DNA of 64,000 nt from Catajapyx aquilonaris (taxonomy: Eukaryota). Position 1 is the stretch's first letter; every line of letters starts with the position of its first letter. The notes under the pieces were generated by a model that saw nothing but the letters and a program-made list of their open reading frames with translations, was not told where the DNA came from and did not search any database. Made by a program: the position numbers and the translations under genes. The stretch spans positions 1-64,000 of the forward strand of contig JYFJ02001417.1 in the NCBI GenBank assembly GCA_000934665.2, given 5' to 3'. Positions 26,987 through 41,318 of this stretch are shown piece after piece.

Positions 26987-28736
26987 TATAATATAATATA
27001 CAATAATATAACATAATATAATATACAATAACATAACAATATAATATACAATAGCATAACAATATAATATACAATAACATAACATAATATAATATACAAT
27101 AACATAACATAATATAGAATAATATAACATAATATAATATAGAATAATATAACATAATACGATGGTATAATATAGAATAATATAACATAATACGATGGTA
27201 TAATATAGAATAATATAACATAATACGATGGTATAATATAGAATAATATAACATAATACGATGGTATAATAACGATAAATTGCAATACACGGGATTGCGT
27301 CATATACATATCGGAATTTGCACAAAATTTTCAAATTGCAGAACTTTCGATCAGTTGAGGTTACAATATGGAATAATATACTCATTTGATAGGAAATTTA
27401 ATGCTCTACAACTTCTTCTCTGAAGACTTTCATCTCAAATGAACGGAAAATGAGATAAAAGGAAAGGTTTGTGAACAAACGGGACGCAAGAATGTTTTTT
27501 TGGGGAATTTGCGATTTTGACACAGATACGTAAATAGTTAATAGAGAGATTCTTGTAGGGAATTTTACCAGCTTCAACTTTGTACACTACCACATTCTGG
27601 CTAGACCTCCCCGATTTCGAGATATAATATAAAAACCAAAAAACCGTACCTTCTTCCCCCCCTCCCCCCTTAGCCTCACCTCCTAGGTCCCGGGACTTTT
27701 AGTATGTTTACCTCCTAACTAGTCCAAACAAAGCCCTGAGGTCAATTCTTGCCGTCCCGACATTTCCGTCTACACCCCCTTTTTGAGCATTCATTGCCTG
27801 GACTATAAGTATATCACGTGCTAAGCTTTAATAATTTTATTTCAAAAACTTCCATAATTTTCGTTCATGTAATTAATATTTCATATTCCTTTACTTACAT
27901 CATATGGTATCGTACATGTTTTGAGGTGCTACAACAACTAACAGCACAAGGCGTTCAACATTCAACGCATTAGAAAATAAGGACGTTGAAATTACGGTGT
28001 GATCCCCAAGAAGAGACCTGAAAGTTCATGCAATTTTCCATCCACAAGTCATACTGAGCCTCGCCCAAAATTGTGCCATGAATTTTAGAAGATGAAGAGT
28101 AACACCACTGCTGACCGAGTCACGTAGAAACAGAGGGAGAAATTGAATAGGAAGTGACTTGGACAGAAAATAGATGACCTGTAAAACACACTTGGACCAT
28201 ACATGCTGTTACTCTACACCCGACTTCACATGCTACATTTACTTGGAAACACTTTGTTTACTTGATAAGATCATGAACGGTGAAGCGCTCAATAATTAAT
28301 ATTAAATTCATACTGAATATTAAAATTTTGATTACACACAGACCTGCAATGGAAAACACTAATTGAAGACCAATGGCCGATTCCAATAGATGTTTGGGTG
28401 CTGAATTCAGAGGAGGGTATTAACTGCAATGACGTCAGAACCATATATTAATTTCCTGCCAAAAGTCGGAGGTCACAATAACAAAAGAGGCGCTCACTTT
28501 AAACTATACACACTCGCATATTAATTTACAGCACCAAGATGATCCCACTGGAAGCACCAAATATGAAGGAATACTCCATTTTTAATGATCGAGGAGACAT
28601 CCCAGAGCCATCGGACGCCATCGGACGAAATCGGAAGCCGCAAATGTGAGACCAAAGGTCAAATTCCGCCTCAAATCCGGGTGACAAGTGGCCATCCCTA
28701 AATCACTCCGAAGCACATGTTTAAATGTTATAAATT

Positions 28737-28985
28737 GAATGGGTTAGTGCCATAACGTGCTAAGCCACAAAACCTTCATTCTGAGATATGGGCTTTCAAA
28801 AGTTTGGCTTAACATGGCAAATCATACAAAACAAGGAACATTATTCGTGATTTTCTCGTGATCTATGGGGAATTTTTCTAACTACGTGATGCCCACTTGT
28901 GAAGCACGATGGTGGGACTTTCAGACACGTGCAAGCTCAAAAAACACAAAAGTGTGGCTTAGCACGTTATGGCACTAACCCCTTC
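28737..28985. mobile_element. MITE with ~32-bp TIRs and AATT target duplication (Sola-like)
   Basis: AATT|GAATGGGTTAGTGCCATAACGTGCTAAGCCAC...GTGGCTTAGCACGTTATGGCACTAACCCCTTC|AATT. The superfamily is inferred only from the 4-bp target-site duplication (TSD). Confidence 0.85.
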
Positions 28986-29985
28986 AATTAATGGAGACAT
29001 TGACTCAATATTGTGTGGTCTCATGATATGACAAATATTACCCAGGGTTGTGAATTGGAGAAAGTATTCGACACTAAGCAAAGATTCAACGACATACTCT
29101 TTGCCTCAGGTGCCTGGATTATGTATACTAATCCATTATTCCAAACAACCAATTTTTGTATCTGGTTGTGGACTGGCTGGAAAACCCAGGAAATATAATA
29201 TACATGTTGGTGCAACAAATTGACTATAAACTGTCGCCTCTCGACTACTTTCATTACAAGGCGCATTGAACAACATGTTATCCCAAGTAATGGGGAAAAC
29301 TGGTGGCTATTCCGAGAACTACGGACACATGTGGCCTAGTTGAAAAATATTAACAAGCATTGAATGATTGTGCAACTTGGCCCAACACATCACAGACCAA
29401 CTATTAAACAAATCAACTGTCGCTTACAATGACTCAGTGAGTACCAGTACTGCAATGAATGACATCTTCCCATTCTGCTTGGCTCACACAATTTTACTTA
29501 GATGCAAGATAATCCTTCTTCATGTTTTCAAGACTTCGGTCTCGATGTCGTTAACGATTGGGTTTTCAATATTTACCCACCCAACATACTACACTTGTGA
29601 CATGTTCTAGACGAATAGGTACTCTGGTGAGGACAGAAAGCCTGTAAAATATATATCACTGTAGATTGCGAAGATGCAAATGCCATGAGAACTGATTCGT
29701 TCAAGAGAGCAAATATATCATTTCAAAGTGACTTATTTGTACATTACGAGTACTGACATAAATTATCACATGATACAAAAATACTTAAATCGTGAACACC
29801 ATTTTAGTACACTTGGGCATTCAGTGATTCTGCAATTCTACTGAAATAATATTCCTTCCGATGATATAGCTTAGAACAACCGATTAACAACCCTTTATAT
29901 GCTCATATAGTTATCATATCACGCAATGGCCTGTCATCCTTGATTATGTTCTAGAAAGTTACCAAATTTTAAGTGTTGCCAATTA

Positions 29986-30292
29986 GGCGTCTTCATGGAC
30001 GAATCAAGCGAAGAAGTCAGTCAGAAGGGAACGATCAAGATTCGGAGACTTCCAGGGGACAGATATGACCCTATGAACCTAGGAACATTCAATAGCTCGA
30101 CGATGTCTTCTAGTCCTATGGGACCGGTCATAGCTGTTGGAGGTAGATCGAACGAAGTGGATTACGTAGGACTTCTGGAGGCAGAAGACCAGCCTTTTTT
30201 TCCCCTTCGGGAGATTCCAGATGGGTGCTTTTATGCCGTGCAAGACCTCTCACCTATTCACACTGCTGATGCTGGCGAAGTAAGTCAGTGGG
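29986..30292 (+). pseudogene. Tc1-like DDE transposase fragment
   Basis: VFMDES...IRRLPGDRYDP...GRSNEVDYVGLLE...FYAVQDLSPIHTA...VSQW matches IFxDES...RRxxGERY...QQDNAPxHTA. Confidence 0.85.
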
Positions 30293-31053
30293 TATGTTTC
30301 ATAAAGTGGGGGTAGTGTGCAATACTTGTTAATAATGTTGGTTAAATATCCATTCTTCCTTCTAACCAAGGGCAATGACAATCCACTGAAATCACAGCTG
30401 GCCGGATCTACTTAAAACAATTACGTGAAATCCGATAAAAAAAGGCAAATGAATTATTCAGTGTTGAAAAACTCCACGACAGGCATGACTTGATAACCGA
30501 AGTTAAAGGAATGCAGCAAACCTGAGATGGAATAATTGATCCGGATAACACCGAGTAGTTAGTATTTATTTGCCCAGTGAGCTAGAAGACTATTTTGATA
30601 CGAGTACATATATTGACGATAAGGAAATCAAAGTGAACAAAAAGGAACTGCAATTTAAATTGAACAAATGGTATAAAAACGAAGTCCTTAGAATATAAGA
30701 AAACCTATATCTAATATCCGTCAAAATCCATAACATATTATAACCGTTTCCAAATTGATTCGGCGAATACTTTACTTCAGCCGGATGATGAGACATTACA
30801 CCTGAAGATATTGTGGTAAAATTACCAAAGGCAAAAGTAACAGGAAGCAGTGCAAGAAATCATTTTGATTTTGAAATACGTCGATTTTTTTTTTTGGTTT
30901 AGCAGTGTCTTAAGTTGTTACAACTGACTTGGTTGTATACAGAAATTTTGTCCGCGCTCCCAAGAAGGCGCGATACATAGCAAAGGTGGAGAACGTAAGG
31001 GTATGTCCTAACTTTAATAGGAGAAAAACCCGTCGTTCAAACACGGCACTCTC

Positions 31054-31120
31054 GAGCTGTTGTCCATGTTCCCACCACTCGCCCGACTTGTACGACACCA
31101 GCTCAGCCTTCGGAAGCAGT
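31054..31120 (+). pseudogene. Possible mariner YSPDL-motif fragment
   Basis: HSPDLYDTSSAFGS resembles YSPDLAPSDFHLFGS. Confidence 0.35.
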
Positions 31121-32839
31121 ACAACTAAGTACGAGTGGCTTTTGCAAAGAGGCGTAACAGGCAATAATGCTAGAAAATGGTGCTCATTCATTAAGAACTA
31201 CTCGATCGTTCTTGTAAGAATTGTTCCAATTTAATCTCCTCCCAACTTGTAGCTAATGAGGAAGATGAGTGGAAGCTACCGATCCACAGAGTCTTTTGTT
31301 AAGGCCTCAATGGACCCACTGAGAAGGGTTTGTTTCAATCTACGCAACATACGCAACACAAACAGCAGTAATTTCTTACACTATTCAACCGTTTTGTTGA
31401 TTCTTGAAAGAGTTCCATTTCGGCCGCCTTGAGAGACGGACGCACTGCAGATTTGTCCTCGAACTCAGTACATTGTGGTTGGTTGTGGTATTGAACTAGA
31501 GAGGCAGCACATCATCTCTTAATACTCCTTAAAAACAACAAGAACAAGATCCATATGGGATGAAATGTGTTCCAAACATCCCCCACGCGAATCTTCACAA
31601 ATATATTTCTACCCTTCAAATCACGAGTGCCAAACTATTGTAAGAAACATAAACCTCAAAAGAAGAGGTTTGGCGTCATGTCAATTCACTGCCATTGTGT
31701 CTCTCATTGAATTGCTTCTAGTTTTGTCGCACCAGTCTTGCGAATATCTTGTCAGTTACACCAGGGTTACACACTGTATAATTATATCGCCGCTTCCTGA
31801 GAATTCCGCCCAAAAACCAGAGAGAGGAGGCGGAAGATGCGTATTCATGAGGTGTGGTGGGATCGCTGTGCAATATGCAATGCATAACACGACGCTTTGG
31901 CCTGGAGTAATTCTCAGGTCACACACATTTGCACCTTCACCGGAACATTACAGAACTCGTTCTCGGTCGAAGTGGGAATTAAAACCTTAAAGGAATGTAA
32001 TTACGCGCCGAGCTCATTGTAAGTCACACTATGTACAGAAGCAACAGGCGAGATTTAAGCCATACGAAGCCAAAATTTCCAAAGGCTTGGCATGCCCAAC
32101 AGATGAGGGTGTATTCATGTATAAAATGTACGGTTAATGAGGAAACTATCGCAGTTGCATTATAAACCAACAAGCCATTATTATTCGCTGTGAGGAGTAA
32201 ATCGGGAAGCGACGCGACGTTCATTGTAATGAAATAACCACGTTCCGATGTTCCATTCTGGAGACATTTGGATTAACGATACGGTCATGGGCTGAGAAAC
32301 CATCACTCTACTCTTTTCTACTAGAACGTATACTTGCCAAAGATGGAGAGGAGAGTATTCTCTGCAGATACAAACTCAGTCGAGATTTCTGAAGATCAGG
32401 AGCTGGGAATGGCAACATCTGACCTGTATGGTGTGTGAAAGAAGTGTACAATGCGCCTGTCGTATACCCTTTCCACTTGGCTCTGAGTTAATTAATGGCA
32501 TTTCAACACACAGCCAGATGAACTCATAGGCGAGAGAAGCCTCTTGAGATACTTCACTCTTTTAACAGTGATTGATTTGAAATAAAAATTATCAGCAGTT
32601 TAAACACCTTTACCTGTCTTCATTTCTTACAGAAATCTGCGTGAAATATGTTTGAGATATTTAACACTTAGCCTTGAAAAATTACTCCTTAATAATAATT
32701 AATTATTTCCTACAATATAATATGACGGAAGTCTTATAAGGCGCGATATCACACTTGCCGCACTTTGTATGCATTGTGGCCCAAAATTATTTGCCGTGTT
32801 CGCAATGCAACAATATATGTGCGAATTGCGTGACTGACA

Positions 32840-32980
32840 TGGCAACAGTTAAATACTGGCCTCCTTACATTCCTGATAACAGCACTCAAAATCAGAAACA
32901 AAGGCAATGTCGCCATTACTCGCACGTCACGAATGAGTACCAGAAGCCCCATGTAGGATCGGTAGGACGTCATTGCAAGT
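32840..32980 (+). pseudogene. Possible I/R1-type LINE ORF1 zinc-knuckle remnant
   Basis: VKYWPPYIP...QCRHYSHVTNEYQKP resembles VRPYIP...CxxxGHxxxxC. Confidence 0.4.
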
Positions 32981-35366
32981 AAGTGTCAAGATTTTCTTGT
33001 TTCCTGATACGTACATGGTGGTACGGTGCTTGAGTTGACACCTCCCAACATATGAAGAAACAATCCACCATGTTGTTGGGAGGGGTCAACTTCACGTAAT
33101 GTTTCTTATGTCTCCACTTTTATTGACTTCATTTAAAATCATTTACACGGCTGCATACATCACCAGTCCGTCCCATAAAATATTAGCAAGGTAGTCAACC
33201 CTGCTACTTGATATCGTCGTGTAAATGGGTCGTTCATCTTTCGCAAAACTGTTTAGTCCCATTACTTAGTCATGTCTTTTTTAAAATAAATACGCTACCT
33301 ATGGGAGGGAAGAGGATACATGTCTTACCACCACCATACACTTCTGTTCCTTTTAAACATTACTATCATCAAAAACTTGGCATAAAAATTCTGGGGATGC
33401 ATTAGTATTTTTATAATTAAAAAACGAAAGTTACTTTCCGGATGCCCCTACATACACTGGAATGCGCCCAGGAATATTATTAATCCAATAGAATTACTCC
33501 ATAATGCAGAAGTAATAGTTTTTTTTTCCAGGTAAACATATTGTACTACATATTCTGCTACCTGGTAAGTTCTAGCTGGAACAGTAATAAATAGTAACAT
33601 GGCTCATTGTGTGGCCTAAAGCACGTACCTACTTCAACAAGTTATTAGACTTCATCTGTTACAATGCATATATTAATCTACATTATAATTGCATATATTA
33701 CTGGCACACTAACCTAAGCAAACCCAAATCCAACCCTCTCCACCCTTCCTGGGCCACCTGCTAGTACCATACTTAAAATAATGGACTAAATTGCAAAATT
33801 CTCGCAGCACACGCACCGGCACACACCAATGGCACCACACGCCGCACCTGTGACACCTTCACTCAAACCATCAACGTAACGAAGAAGAGAAGAGCCGGGA
33901 AGAAAGGCACAATTGGCTCCACCAGCGAGCCTTGGTACGAGAAAATCTCGTCAAACAGCCAAAGTCAGTCCACAAACCACAACCGGAAGCCAAAAGAACC
34001 GCCACAGTAGCAGCCCTTTAACCAAGTCGTCTTGGGTGCGAGTCATCTGCCATTGATCGTAGTGTGTGGAATTTCCTACATAAGTGTGTTTATTTAGCAA
34101 TATTTCTTGCCCTATGTATACAGGGACGCCAGAATTCTGGCATAGTTATGCCAACAGACGTAAATGATATGAGAACAGTCCTACGTTTTAAATCACATTC
34201 TCAGAACAAAACTAGTACAAAATTATATGACTGAACACAAAGGTGTGGACATTACAATGTACTGAAACTTTCATGTGATGAACCACCACATAAATAAATC
34301 TTAGTTCACCTGGCAAATCCCATCATTGCTGTTGATTAGGCCTACTGCTTGAAAATTTTAAAATATAATTCAACAAATTTATGAGAAAGTGTAACGATAG
34401 GTCTCCTTCGACAAGGGCAATGTTAACCTCAGATCTTTTAAGGGTCGACAACCCGAATTCAGCTCCCCCTAATGGTTCAGCACGTATGATTATGAGTAAA
34501 CTCTCGATGAGGACAATCTGGGGAAGAATTATTTAGAGCAGGTTAATATGAGACGCACGTCGGCTGTCCCAGGTTACAACGCACAGTAGGACCAATCGTG
34601 AAAAACATGGCCATAATTCAAATTTTTAAAAGTTATTGTGATGTCAAAAATGCTTATCTTAATTGATTCGTGACATTTCCCTGCTACGGAACCAAGAAGT
34701 AAACAAATCCCAAGATGCGTCATATCTCCATAATGAACCGTGAAAAAATGGCGCCCGTGAGGAGGCAAAGCTAAGCGCGAACAGATGTTGGCCTGCCGAT
34801 ATTTGGATAAGGTCAGTTTCCATTCAGTAGGCACGCCAAAGTGCAGTGAAAAAGGATGGATTCTGCAGCCAAGGGTATATGCTATATTTTAAAATTTATT
34901 TAAGTGGATAAAACCCTTAGAATTTTGTAGGTATTAGCTCGAAGTGCGGGATATTCAGAGTAGGAAATTCTGTCATGTAAAATAATGCATAGCTGTCTTT
35001 AAGGCAACCCTTCAACTGCTCCTGATAATAAGGTATAAATTAGCATTTTGACAAGTTAATATTTTATTCTATAAAAAAAATAATCGATGTAAGAAATACG
35101 ACGGACGTTGGGTGTGACCATTACATTTCACCTGGCCGACAGTTTGGAGGAAAGGAAGACGCGCAAATGCTTCTTTGTATGTGAGGCAAGTGGCCAACAA
35201 TTCCAACTATTACTTGATGATTAAATAAGGGTACAGGTACCATGGGTAGAACAACCAAGCAAACCACAGGAGAACCAATATTGTACACTGGGGTAGATAT
35301 CGTCTCTGTCTCTCTCTGTATACATATTCATATTTTTAAAAAATACTAACAACACTAAATAAACTG

Positions 35367-35746
35367 ATATATTAATCGCCTTCGGAGGAAAACCTTCCTA
35401 TTGTATTTTAAGGGGAAGCTTCTCACCATCCGTTTTCAGTGGTTTTGGGCCATGAGGAACTTAAATATCACATGTTAGTGTCCTCCAAACGTGAAACGCT
35501 TTCGCCATGAAATGCTGGCGAAGTCCACGGATTATATTTATGTTATCTATTGACCATTAGATCACGTGAACGACGTAGGATGTTCTCATTTAACAAGATA
35601 GATGGCATACCCTTTGAGACAGTCATTATTATTATTCATATTAATCGCCTTCGGAGGAAAACCTTCCTATTGTATTTTAAGGGGAAGCTTCTCACCATCC
35701 TTTTTAAGTGGTTTTGGGCCATGAGGAACTTGAATATCACATGTTA
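35367..35746 (+). repeat. Near-identical ~110-bp direct repeat (35367-35476 and 35637-35746)
   Basis: ATATTAATCGCCTTCGGAGGAAAACC...ATATCACATGTTA occurs twice with few substitutions. Confidence 0.95.
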
Positions 35747-38024
35747 ATGTCATTTAAAAAACTCATATCATTTAAGGGTCGACAACCTGAATTCAGCTCC
35801 CCCAATGGTTCAGAGCGTACGATTATTATGAGTAAACTCGATGAGGACGATCTGGGGAAGAATTTTTTTTAGAGCAGGTTCATATGTATTAAGTACTACT
35901 TTATGTGTGCACCTAACAAGACCTCAATCACAAATAAATCCCTAGCGACCAAGACCTTCCACTGTTGAAAATGAGGACCCGAAGAAACATCAAAACATGA
36001 TCCGTATTTTCCATAATAATAATTAAAGGTAAAACTAATTATGTTTTCGATACATGATGAACCTGGCATCTCCATGTAAACCAGTAATTTTGCAAGTGCA
36101 TAACATCTGATTGAGTTGTTCCCTTTCGGCATCAGAAGTCCATTGGAAGTGAAATCAAGGGAACCAAAAACATGTCCCTGCGAAGGTGGAGAACACAGTA
36201 ATACACACGTGAACAAATCCATCTAGTAATAAGGCCGAATGAGCAACAGGAAAGTGAGTATATCTTTCTACAGTGCACTAGTATTGACCAGAATGCTTAC
36301 AGGTCGCGGCTGCTGTCAGGAACGTCACACCAGTAAAACCCAGAAAATTGGGAATAATATACAATCACAGGATGACTGTAACATGGCAACTGAATTGACA
36401 CCATCACACGAAAATGCACATCTTCGTGATGAAGGATGTTAACGAATTTTATCACTCATAAATGCGTCCCACTGCCGCGTAGGGGTTGTGCACCATTATT
36501 GAACTATTATTATTCTTTGTGAAAATGTGCATATTTCGCTTCGATATGAGGTAAATAAAGCTCATGAGAGGTGAGGTTGAAAGATCACTCCTGCTTGCGG
36601 CCTATGGAGAAACGGGATTTATTCAATCACATCAATCTAGGGTTATATCATCAGCCAATTGAGGGAAGTGAATTGCTGTTTAGAGGCTCTAAAGACGGCT
36701 AATAAAACGGACCTTACATGGGCCAAAAGGACAGGAAACCTGTGAACAGGATAACTGAATCGCAGACAGTGACGTAGAAAGTCACATCCTTGGACAAATT
36801 TAAAAAAATCAAGATGACGATTGCAGGGAGTGTCTGAAGTAGAGGCCCGATAGGCTGAAACCGGCGGTACTATCGTGTAAATATGAACGAGTGCAAATTG
36901 CATTACATGCAGTGACTACATGTAACTAGTGCAATTACCACTGTAAAACTAGTAGCGGTTACGAACAGCCTGCACTACTCCTACAGGACTTTTAGATTCC
37001 TTCCTTCGACTCAATAAACGTCATTTTGGTGGACATTACTGCCACAACATTAGAAGTCACTTCTCTTGGTATCACTGACAATAAATAAAATCGCTCCACA
37101 CAATAAATTACACAACTGACACTTCAGACGAAAATACAACAGGCGCAGGTCACCAATGATTACATCTCATCAGATATGGGAGATATTGTATTATGTCCTG
37201 CACACCGACGAAAAGCAGAGCCAGCTAACAGCACTGGGAGCAAGGGCCAACACTAAAAAGGTAACATGTACAGCGACTAGCAAACAAATACTTCAAACCT
37301 GCGCATTACAACTCATGTGGGCATAATAATGTGGGCATAAGAAGAAATATTACACCGATTAGCCAAGGGAGGAAATCTTTGCGGATGTCCTAACAATAGC
37401 TCATCCAACAAGATCATATAAATCTTTCCGGCTTATGTTCCTCAACTTTCTGAATGTCTCAGTGACGCTCAACTCAAATCCTTCATCAAGTTGTATTCAT
37501 ACTTGGCATACATGCTTTCCTTACGAGGCACGTTCTGCTCTTTTGGGATATTCGAATAGTAATGTTGCAGTAATTCCATCAAATAAAACCACGTTTACGG
37601 AAAAGTCAATATACTAGATAAAACCATGGCTTGACAATATTTATTGCCACGGACTGTGGTTATATTTCCACTAATAAAAATGACAGGATAACTCGGGCGA
37701 AATTAATCTTTCGGAACCAAGTCGATCAAAAGTCTTCGTTTCGAAATCACTTCAAAAGAAGACTCTTTGCGACCTTGAATGCAACACCACGACAGTAACA
37801 TTTGTGACCCAGCAAATATAGATACATTCCCCTATTGTGATGTGGGGTGCAATTAATCTTGCTTCTTCTCCCAACACAAAATGTTTTACATAAAGAACTG
37901 GCCTTCTGGGCAGATATCTCAAAAGGCATTGCATATTTAGTGTGAATGATGGGAACCACACTGGACAGGCTGGCATGTTTATGGCATTCACAGGCGTGGG
38001 TTCTCCCTCCTCCTTGCAATAGAA

Positions 38025-38430
38025 GACAGATGCTGCCATTCTTGTGTTAGATGGGACCTATACATTTACTGACTACATCTCCTCTCGACGCACCTCCTCT
38101 GTCCATAAACAGAAGGCACTAATGAAAACAATGATGTTGGTGACGACGACTGGTTACGTAGTGGATGTGTTCGGTACATATCCTGCAGACGGCAAGAATA
38201 AGGATGCTTCGATTACAATCGATGCATGTAAGCCAGGCGCACTGACTTCCTGGCTCCATGAGAATGATGTTCTTGTCGTAGACCGTGGTTTCAGGGATGC
38301 AACTTATTTCTTGGCAAGTTATATCAAGCTTCCTGACCCAGGGGCAGCAGCAGTTAATAGTTCCAAAATATGTTACAAAAGTTCGCTGGGTGGTGGAAGC
38401 AGTGAACGGGCGCATAAAGAAGTGGAAGCT
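38025..38430 (+). pseudogene. PIF-Harbinger/ISL2EU-type (DDE_Tnp_4-like) transposase fragment
   Basis: ILVLDGTY...HKQKALMKTMMLVTTTGYVVDVFGTY...DVLVVDRGFRDA, then a frameshift to VTKVRWVVEAVNGRIKKWK. Confidence 0.9.
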
Positions 38431-40721
38431 TATTTGGATGGGTAACCAAATAATATGGTGAGTCAGATTGAACACTCGATCTGTGCCTTGTGCAATGCCT
38501 TCTGGCCCGACTTTGTTGCACAAGGGAAGCGGGGTGATGATGAGTCTGTGGCTAGGGAGATGTTGTGTACATTTTCTCGGATTAATGAACTCCCAAGAAG
38601 CGTGTTACAAGCTGCGGGTCCATAAGTGCCCATCTGATCTCATCCAAGTCCAGATGTAATTTTTTTAGAGCAGGTTAAGATCAATGCTCCTTTATGATGT
38701 GCACCTAATTAGACTTCCGCAGCAAATAAATCACTAGCGACTAAGACCTGCCACAGTTGAAAAATAGTACCTGAAGCGTCAACACGCTTCGTAATTTCGA
38801 TAATAATAATTAAAGGAAAAAACTAATTATGTTTTTGATACATGATGAACCTGGCGCCTCCACGTACACCAATAATTTTGTGAGATCATAAGATCCGACG
38901 CGGAAGGGGAACAACTCGATAAGAAGTTCATTGTAGTGAAATCAAGGGAACCAATAAAAAATGGCTGCGATGGCAGAGACCATAGTACAATAAACAAGTG
39001 AATCCGATATGCTGAAACCGTCGGTATATTGTATGTTCATAACTACAATGTAAGAGAATATTTAACTAACACTGAGTGACGAGGAACTATGTGAAATAGT
39101 GCAAACTGGAATAAGCAGTGACTGAAGTGACAACATGTAACTATAGCAAATACCACTGTAAAACTTGTATCAGTTACGAACAGTCCGTACTACTCTACAT
39201 GACATTTGGATTCCTTCCTTCGACTCAACAATAAATTAAGTGATTTTGATGGACATTTTTCTGCCACAATTAAAAGTCACTTCCCTTGGTATTACTGACA
39301 ATAAATAAAATCTGTGTATACTATTATCATATAATAACGAACCATTTAGACGACAATACGACAGGCGCAGGTCACCAATGATTACATCTCAGATATGAGA
39401 GATACAGTAAAATTCATGTCCTGCACACCGACGAAAAGAAGAGTCAGCAAGCAGCACTGGGAGCAAGTGCTAGCATTGGAAAGACTATGACAGAGCATGT
39501 ACAGCGATTAGCGAACAAATACTTCGAACCTGCGCAATATTTACAACTCATGTGGGTATAATAATTTACCTCACTGTGGTTTACAGGAGAAGAAATACAC
39601 CGATTAGCCAAGGGAGGAAATCTCTGTGGATGTCCTCACAATAGCTCATCCAACAAGATCATGTAAATTGTTCCGGATTGTTCCTCAACCTTCTAAATGT
39701 CTCAGTGAGGGTAAACTCAAACCCTTCATCAAGTTGTATTCATACTTGGCATACATGCTTTCCTTACGAGGCACGTTCTGCTCTCTTGGGATATTCGAAT
39801 AGTTGCAGTAATTCCATCAAATAAAATCACGTTTATGGAAAAGTCAATATTCGAGATAAAACCATGGCTTGGCAATCAAGCCAATTGTCACGGACATTGG
39901 TTACATTTCCACTAATAATAACAGACAGGATAACTCTGCCGAAATTAATCGTTCGGAACCAACTCGATCAAAAGTCATGGTTTCGAAGTCACTTCCGAAA
40001 TCATCTGCAACATTCTCATATAGCCTACAAGACCACGAGAGGAAGATGTGGCCCAGCCTGATTAATCGGAAATCCACGAAAATATGAAGGACACTCACCA
40101 CGTCCTGCGACAGAAGGATTAGACCACACTACCACCAGCAAGGAAAAATATTATAAAAAATAATTGATTTCCTCGCTTACGAAAATAATCATTTACCCTA
40201 ATTTATTAATTATGGTTTAGGATTGATCCAGACCATATTTATCACTCCAACAAGTCGGACGTGTGTGATGGACCGTTACCACACGTCGATAAGATAGGCC
40301 ATGGATACAATCAATTCTGTTTATGATGGGTAGACAAGCAACAGAAAGAATAATGACACTGTAACACACAGCAACACAGGTCATATCGCTGACACAAAAG
40401 TTTCTGAGTGAATGACTCTTTGCTCCAGGAGTTTTCAAATGGTAACGGCCACATTTTTGCCTGGGAGCAGGTTCTCTCATCGGATCCTACGATTGCAGTG
40501 GCTTAGTTGTAATGCGGCCATGATCTTAAATCAACGTATGCAAAACCTTCGCAGGGCAAGTCAGGATGAGCCTGGGACCTACGCAGGACAACGAAGTACT
40601 TAAAAGTAGTAGCCAAGACAAATTACTCTTAGTCTGAATAATGTGCCAAATGTAGATACGTTCCCCTAATGCAGTTTCGACTGAGGACCGCGGCCAGGGA
40701 GCATTTTTGAAAGATTATGAC

Positions 40722-41318
40722 ATGAGAAAGCCAGTGCTGAACCAATTATTGACCAACAAAAAGCCTTTGAGGTTAATGTGTACAGCTGCACGATGGACTC
40801 TTGTTTCAACAAGGTCTTCAAGAAAGATTCACTGGATTACGTGAAGTTGCTAATCTTTTCGCGTGCCTCTACCCAAGAAGGCTCATCGAATCGCGCAAGG
40901 AAGATGGAGAAAAAGCAGCTGAGAAATTAGTGCAACACTATGCTGGTGACATTGATGAAGAGTTGTTCTCAGAACTGCTTTATGTTGAAATGAATATTCT
41001 AGTTAACAACTCTCCTGATGAATCATCACGCCAATAGACGTAGGAAATTTCATTGTGAAGAACAATCTTCAAGAGGTTTTTCCAAATTCACTGACAACCT
41101 ACATTCTTCTATTGACTGTACCAGTCTCTATTGCATCATGTGAGAGAAGTTTCAGCAAGTTAAAGTTGATTAAGAACTATTTGCGCTCAACCATGTGCAA
41201 GCGAGACTGGTTGGGCTTCCCCTCTGTCAATTGAGTCAGAAATTGCTAAGAGCTTGTCATTGGATGAAGTAATTGAACAATTTGCTAGTATCAAAGCCAG
41301 AAAATTTGAATTGCATAA
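40722..41318 (+). pseudogene. hAT (Tip100/ZMYM1-like) transposase C-terminus with dimerisation domain
   Basis: LQERFTGL..., LQEVFPN...LLTVPVSIASCERSFSKLKLIKNYLRSTM, LSIESEIAKSLSLDEVIEQFASIKARK, with frameshifts. Confidence 0.95.

Larger units (their letters stand above)
24162..27806. mobile_element. Fold-back element with long inverted arms (left 24162-25234; right 25861-27806, interrupted by two MITEs)
   Basis: Termini ATAGTCCAGGCAATGAA / TTCATTGCCTGGACTAT. The outer ~570 bp are near-identical in reverse complement. Inner pairs are 25040-25125/26560-26635 and 25144-25234/25861-25952. Confidence 0.95.

Noticed and set aside
26701..27385. Longest ORFs (122-202 aa, Y/I/L-rich)
   Set aside because: They are translations of the AT minisatellite and MITE arms, not genes.
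29145..29190. Walker A-like IFVSGCGLAGK
   Set aside because: Lacks the GK[S/T] ending and has no supporting downstream motifs.
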